Assembly: GCF_000039765.1 (NCBI RefSeq)
Contig: NC_004459.3
Location: forward strand, 2,721,127-2,753,126
Source: Vibrio vulnificus CMCP6
Lineage (GTDB): Bacteria > Pseudomonadota > Gammaproteobacteria > Enterobacterales > Vibrionaceae
Length of the DNA: 32,000 bases
Direction: 5' to 3'
The position numbers and the translations under genes were made by a program. Below, piece by piece: positions 27,595 to 32,000 of this stretch. The notes below the pieces were generated by a model. That model did no database searches and was not told where the DNA came from. It saw only the letters and a program-made list of their open reading frames with translations. Position 1 is the first letter of the stretch. The number at the start of each line of letters is the position of its first letter.

Positions 27595-28353
27595 TTGCTC
27601 GCATTCATTCGCATTCTACTTGCCGCGATCTTTGTGGTGGTCACAACACTCTCCGCACTGATCTACTGCCTTTTTAGTCCAAGGGATCCCAAACACGTGC
27701 ATGTGTTTTGTCGCTGGTTTAATCAACTGCATAAAATCGTTGGAATGACCTTGATTCAGCGTGGCGCTGAACATGCTCGCCAAGATGGTCATGCCGTCTA
27801 CGTTTCCAACCATCAAAGTGTTTTTGATTTTGTCACCTCGCCTGGGATGTTACCTCCTCGAACGGTGACGATCGGCAAAAAAAGCCTACTGTGGGTGCCG
27901 TTCTTTGGCCAGCTGTACTGGATAACCGGTAACATTTTGATCGATAGAGAGAATAAGTCGAAAGCTCGCGATACCATCGCGCAAGTGGCAGAGGCAATTC
28001 AAACGCGGGATTTGTCTGTGTGGGTCTATCCTGAAGGAACTCGTAGTAAAGGCCGCGGGTTACTCCCTTTTAAAACGGGAGCCTTTCGTATGGCGATAGA
28101 AGCTGGCGTTCCTATTATTCCAATGTGTGTCAGCACCACGCACAACAAAATTGCGCTCAATCGCTGGAAAAATGGGGTTGTCATCACTGAAATGTTGCCC
28201 CCCATAGACACAAAGGGCTACACCCTCCAGCAAGCTCGTCAGTTGGCTGATCATTGTCATCAAATCATGGAGACAAAAATACGCGAACTGGATGAAGAGG
28301 TGGCAAAACTCGAAGCTGAGCAAAGATCACCGAGAAATCAAGCCAACGCTTAA
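27595..28353 (+). CDS. plsC: 1-acyl-sn-glycerol-3-phosphate acyltransferase
   Basis: NHQSVFDF (HX4D), WVYPEGTRSKGRGLLPFKTGAF; TTG start with a G-rich RBS. Confidence 0.88.
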   Translation: MLAFIRILLAAIFVVVTTLSALIYCLFSPRDPKHVHVFCRWFNQLHKIVGMTLIQRGAEHARQDGHAVYVSNHQSVFDFVTSPGMLPPRTVTIGKKSLLWVPFFGQLYWITGNILIDRENKSKARDTIAQVAEAIQTRDLSVWVYPEGTRSKGRGLLPFKTGAFRMAIEAGVPIIPMCVSTTHNKIALNRWKNGVVITEMLPPIDTKGYTLQQARQLADHCHQIMETKIRELDEEVAKLEAEQRSPRNQANA

Positions 28354-28360
28354 TGTGAAC

Positions 28361-28398
28361 ATAATGAGCCCATCAATTAGGATGGGCTCATTATTATT
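28361..28398. terminator. Bidirectional terminator
   Basis: ATAATGAGCCCATC-AATTAG-GATGGGCTCATTAT. Confidence 0.7.
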
Positions 28399-28428
28399 AA
28401 CGGCAGGATTGTTTTAGCGTAACGGACG

Positions 28429-29283
28429 TTACGCCTTGTCTTTGTCTTTGAAGCGATGTGTAAATACCAGCACGTTCTCGGGGCAAACATCAATACAACG
28501 TCCGCAACTGATGCAGTTTTGATCCATGACTCTTCTGTCCCCTTCTTTTAGTGGCTGCCGTAATACCTCTGGCTCTGGGCAAACATTGTAGCAATCCATA
28601 CACTTGGTGCATGCTTCTCGATTTTCCGCTGAGATTCTCAGAACACTTTTTCGTCCAATCACGCCATAAGTTGCACCGAGTGGGCACAGATGGCCGCACC
28701 AACCATGATCGACCAGCAGAAGATCAAGCACAAATACCAACAGGATCAGCACCCAGCCAGCGCCCATTCCAAAAAGAATGCCTCGATGCAGCGTGGCGAC
28801 AGGATCAATCCAAGCCCAAAGCACACTGCCTGAAGCTGCGCTGCCAATAAGCAGTGCGCCCAGGAGCCAATATCTCAGTTGAGCGTTCCAACGAAAGCTC
28901 GCCTTGATTTCCAGCTTACGCTTTAACCAAGCTGCAAGGTCTGTAACCACATTAAGCGGGCACACCCATGCACAAAATGCTCTAGGGCTGATGATGGCGT
29001 AAAAGACAACGACAATCAGAACGCCGAGTAGCGCATTGAATTCTGGAATATGCCCAGAAGCGACGATTTGTAAGAAAATCAGAGGGTCAGTCAGTGGAAT
29101 GGTGTCAAACAACATACTCGATGAAAGGTTGCCTTTAAGTATGTTTACCGTTGGGCTGAGTAAAAACAGACCAATAATGGAGAACTGAGCCAAACGTCTT
29201 AATATAAGGAAACGGTGAGCATGCCACCAACCTAACTTCTGTCTTGCTTCACAACCTGCATCTTTTGCTAAATTCTTCGCCAT
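28429..29283 (-). CDS. napH: NapH-like quinol dehydrogenase membrane component
   Basis: Multiple TMs, CTKCMDCYNVCPE and CISCGRCIDVCPENVL ferredoxin motifs. Confidence 0.85.
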   Translation of the reverse strand: MAKNLAKDAGCEARQKLGWWHAHRFLILRRLAQFSIIGLFLLSPTVNILKGNLSSSMLFDTIPLTDPLIFLQIVASGHIPEFNALLGVLIVVVFYAIISPRAFCAWVCPLNVVTDLAAWLKRKLEIKASFRWNAQLRYWLLGALLIGSAASGSVLWAWIDPVATLHRGILFGMGAGWVLILLVFVLDLLLVDHGWCGHLCPLGATYGVIGRKSVLRISAENREACTKCMDCYNVCPEPEVLRQPLKEGDRRVMDQNCISCGRCIDVCPENVLVFTHRFKDKDKA

Positions 29284-30056
29284 TATTTTGATCCTCCCAA
29301 GGTTTCCAACGCGCCAGTTGGCATATCACTGGTATCTGGGGCGGTGTTTTGCAATGGCTTGGTAATCTCCTCCCATCCAAGCTGGTAGTGGTCGCCTATT
29401 TTTCCTTGGGCGAGATCATGCGGAATGACTTTGATCGCAGCGACTTCGGTAATGCACGCCTGCTCACATTTACCGCAGCCAGTGCATTTATCCGAATGAA
29501 CGGTCGGGATCAACTTCGCGTGATAACCGGTTCTTTCATTTCGAACGTGCTCCAGCGTAATGGCCTCGTCGATAACAGGGCAAACTCGGTAGCAGACATC
29601 ACAGCGCAATCCCTGCCAGTTCAAGCAGCTTTCATGGTCAATTAAGACTGCTAACCCCATACGAGCATCATCAATATCCGTGAGATTCGGATCAAGCGCT
29701 CCACTTGGGCAGGCGACCACGCAAGGAATGTCTTCACACATTTCACATGGGATCTCCCGTGCATGAAAATAAGGTGTGCCCGACTCCACTGGGGAGAGTA
29801 ACGTCGCCAGCTTCAAGGTATCATACGGACACGCCTGAACACACAAACCACAACGGGTGCAGGCTTTTTCAAATTCCCCTTTGGGTAAGGCACCTGGCGG
29901 GCGAAGTGGAACGCCAGTACCACCACGAGCCTGGCTTTGCTTAGATTGCAGGCCGAGAACGGTGGCCGCTGCGCCAACGCCGGCAAATGTTCTAACGGAA
30001 TCGCGAAGAAATCGTCTTCGACTTTCGGATGTTTTTTTGCTGTTGCTTACACTCAT
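29283..30056 (-). CDS. napG: NapG-like periplasmic ferredoxin-type protein (MauM/NapG)
   Basis: Tat signal [19 protein letters not shown]; four Cys clusters. Start at MSVSNSK (30056), not the long 30188 ORF. Confidence 0.85.
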   Translation of the reverse strand: MSVSNSKKTSESRRRFLRDSVRTFAGVGAAATVLGLQSKQSQARGGTGVPLRPPGALPKGEFEKACTRCGLCVQACPYDTLKLATLLSPVESGTPYFHAREIPCEMCEDIPCVVACPSGALDPNLTDIDDARMGLAVLIDHESCLNWQGLRCDVCYRVCPVIDEAITLEHVRNERTGYHAKLIPTVHSDKCTGCGKCEQACITEVAAIKVIPHDLAQGKIGDHYQLGWEEITKPLQNTAPDTSDMPTGALETLGGSK

Positions 30057-30192
30057 TGCTTCACCTATCGCCTTCATGTGTCGCACTTGTTTTATACTAG
30101 TTGTCCGCGCACAAAATCGCTGAAGATATAGGCGTAATGTAACTGGATGGCGTTCGTTTTCTATCACCCCAAAAGGGTAATCAAACACTTGA

Positions 30193-30206
30193 TTGAGTTA
30201 GATCAA
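30193..30206 (-). promoter_or_regulatory. FNR-like box TTGAG-TTAG-ATCAA upstream of napG
   Basis: One mismatch to TTGAT-N4-ATCAA; about 137 bp upstream of the napG ATG. Confidence 0.5.
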
Positions 30207-30394
30207 ACGTCATTATTCAACTCTGACACTAAGCTCACGATTTTTGCCTGCTAAAGATGAAAGCCGCGAGCATTAAAACGGGTGAAGGAATGTTGCAATC
30301 AATCCACTAGAGCAACACCGTAAGGCATTCCGTCATGGTGTCGTCGCCGTGGATTGAAGGATTGAAGGAACCAGCAAGAGCAAAAGCACTGCGA

Positions 30395-31315
30395 TCAGAT
30401 AATCAGATCACCTTGCTGAAGAAAGCTGAATTCTTGGCTGTTTTTAGCAAATAACACGCAGATTTTAATCGGCTCGAGCTTCGCTTGTTGAATCTTTTCC
30501 GAGAGTTGTGCCGGAGTTTCATAACTCAAACGTTGGGCATCTCGACGCACCATTTCTAGAAAAGCAGGATGAATCTGCTCTGGTGCCAACACAAGCTCCG
30601 CTTTTTGCATATAACGAAGGGCTTTAATAGGTAACAGCTCAACATCTTCTGTGCAACCAATCCATGTGCATTGCGCAGTTCGTTGAAGCTCCCCTTTGAT
30701 TGCCTGTGCAAACAAGGTTTCAAGCTCTCTATGATTTTGTGACGATTTGACCTCTGGTAAGTCAAAAAACAGCTCCCAAAACATGCGACGTTCTTCGACT
30801 GTCGGGAATCGCTCTTTAACCGCCACACGTTTTGACTCGGCGAACTCCGCCAGCAAACTAAGATTTTGTGGCAAAACCGCTTCTAATGATTCTCTGAGAT
30901 TACGAATCAACACAGGGGAAGCACCACCACTGGATATGGCAATTTGCACTCGCCCACGCGAGATCATTGAAGGCGTAATGAAGTCACAATACGGTTTATC
31001 ATCCACGACGTTCACCAACAGATTGCGCTGTTTAGCGTCACGGTATACTTGATGGTTGAGAGACGGATTGTTGGTTGTCGCCCAGACTTGAACATAGGCC
31101 CCATCCATCAACTCAGATGAATAGAAATTTTTCACCCAGTAACAGCGGTTTTCCTCCACCCAACGGTGAAGCTCATCCACCAATGTCGGCGAGACGATCG
31201 TTACTTTCGCCCCGACATTTAACAGCGCTTCAATTTTACGACTGGCAACTTCCCCTCCTCCGACAACAAGTACGGGTTTGTTTTCTAGATCCATGAAAAG
31301 AGGAAAATATCGCAT
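30395..31315 (-). CDS. Siroheme synthase, precorrin-2 dehydrogenase / sirohydrochlorin ferrochelatase (CysG N-domain / Met8-like)
   Basis: MRYFPLFMDLENKPVLVVGGGEVASRKIEALLNVGAKVTIVSP, NVVDDKPYCDFITPSMISRG, SSGGASPVLIRNLRE. Confidence 0.88.
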   Translation of the reverse strand: MRYFPLFMDLENKPVLVVGGGEVASRKIEALLNVGAKVTIVSPTLVDELHRWVEENRCYWVKNFYSSELMDGAYVQVWATTNNPSLNHQVYRDAKQRNLLVNVVDDKPYCDFITPSMISRGRVQIAISSGGASPVLIRNLRESLEAVLPQNLSLLAEFAESKRVAVKERFPTVEERRMFWELFFDLPEVKSSQNHRELETLFAQAIKGELQRTAQCTWIGCTEDVELLPIKALRYMQKAELVLAPEQIHPAFLEMVRRDAQRLSYETPAQLSEKIQQAKLEPIKICVLFAKNSQEFSFLQQGDLII

Positions 31316-31773
31316 TTAAATCCCTGTTTGTTCTTTATGACTAAAGCGCTCATCGTAGCAGATTTGGTGCATAAATATCATCACAAACCGATGTAACAAA
31401 TAATTTTTGTTCGAATTTCAAACACAAAGCAGTGAATAACTCCAAACAACAACCGCCATACAGCCCTTGATTCCATAATACTATTAATATAATTGACAAA
31501 AGCTCTCTTGCACTACTTCAGTAACCAATTGCACTATTTACATTCAGTTAACATTTGGTCATTCTAATTACCACAGGGTTTGTGATTCCTCTCAAAAATC
31601 TTTTTAAATTATACAGTTGAGAAATCAAAAATCCTTTCCTACGCTTATAAATAATTGATTTCCGAACAGCCGTTTTGAACGGAGGTCAATCAGTTAGGAC
31701 ACACACAACAACAATTGAGCACGTTGTATCAGGTGTTACCTGGTTTAACTTGGATCATACAGGAAGGATACAA

Positions 31774-32000
31774 ATGGCAAATAAACTCACTATTCTGGCT
31801 TCATTGGTAGCGGCATCTACTGCTATGTTGTCGTCAAATGCATTCGCTGCTGAAAGCACTCTAGACAAAGTGACAAAACAAGGTTTCTTAACTTGTGGTG
31901 TCAGTACTGGCCTACCAGGTTTCTCCAACCCTAACTCAAAAGGTGAATGGGAAGGTATTGACGTTGAATACTGCCAAGCGATTGCGGCGGCAGTGTTGGG
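31774..32000 (+). CDS. Amino-acid ABC transporter substrate-binding protein, 5' part (truncated by window end)
   Basis: SD AGGA, signal peptide ending SSNAFAAES, then LDKVTKQGFLTCGVSTGLPGFSNPNSKGEWEGIDVEYCQAIAAAVLG (AapJ/BztA-like). Confidence 0.85.
   Translation, partial: MANKLTILASLVAASTAMLSSNAFAAESTLDKVTKQGFLTCGVSTGLPGFSNPNSKGEWEGIDVEYCQAIAAAVL

Noticed and set aside
30335-30454. 39-aa + strand ORF MVSSPWIEGLKEPARAKALRSDNQITLLKKAEFLAVFSK
   Set aside because: Overlaps the 3' end of the siroheme synthase gene in antisense and has no clear RBS; kept only as part of the intergenic structure note.
31316-31773. Long AT-rich region before the ABC substrate-binding protein gene, including CCGTT-TTG-AACGG
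   Set aside because: Looks like an ordinary long promoter/leader; the hairpin is only 5 bp.
1-32000. CRISPR arrays, insertion sequences, integrases, toxin-antitoxin or defence modules
   Set aside because: No spaced direct repeats, transposase motifs or recognisable defence genes found. The zeta-like P-loop kinase at 4092-4484 has no antitoxin partner and reads as a generic kinase.

Overview
This 32 kb window looks like core Vibrionaceae chromosome (taxon inferred from gene content, not searched). I saw no mobile elements, CRISPR, tRNA or rRNA. In order it holds: (1) the distal end of an exopolysaccharide locus resembling sypO-P-Q-R, with a sigma54-type promoter and a palindrome matching the SypG enhancer motif as I remember it before the sypP-like gene; (2) a P-loop kinase, a DUF1289 protein, a membrane protein, a VOC protein and an outer-membrane protein; (3) a patch of very small genes at 7.0-7.8 kb, one missing from the ORF track; (4) zwf-pgl-gnd; (5) a CitB/DcuR-type two-component pair; (6) a TolC/HlyD/ABC-2/ABC-2 exporter operon with no recognisable ATPase, followed by a LuxR-type regulator; (7) a coiled-coil membrane protein preceded by an unannotated 52-aa membrane ORF; (8) a tandem glycine riboswitch upstream of an AGCS symporter, with an inserted hairpin in aptamer 1; (9) LysE, M32 carboxypeptidase and PlsC-like genes; (10) a napG-napH pair without other nap genes, near a siroheme-synthase (CysG N-domain/Met8-like) gene; (11) the start of an amino-acid ABC substrate-binding protein. 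I found no convincing defence or mobile system. The most interesting items are small and regulatory: small ORFs, candidate sRNAs, the modified riboswitch aptamer and the syp promoter. All calls come from reading motifs and translations; no database search or folding software was run.
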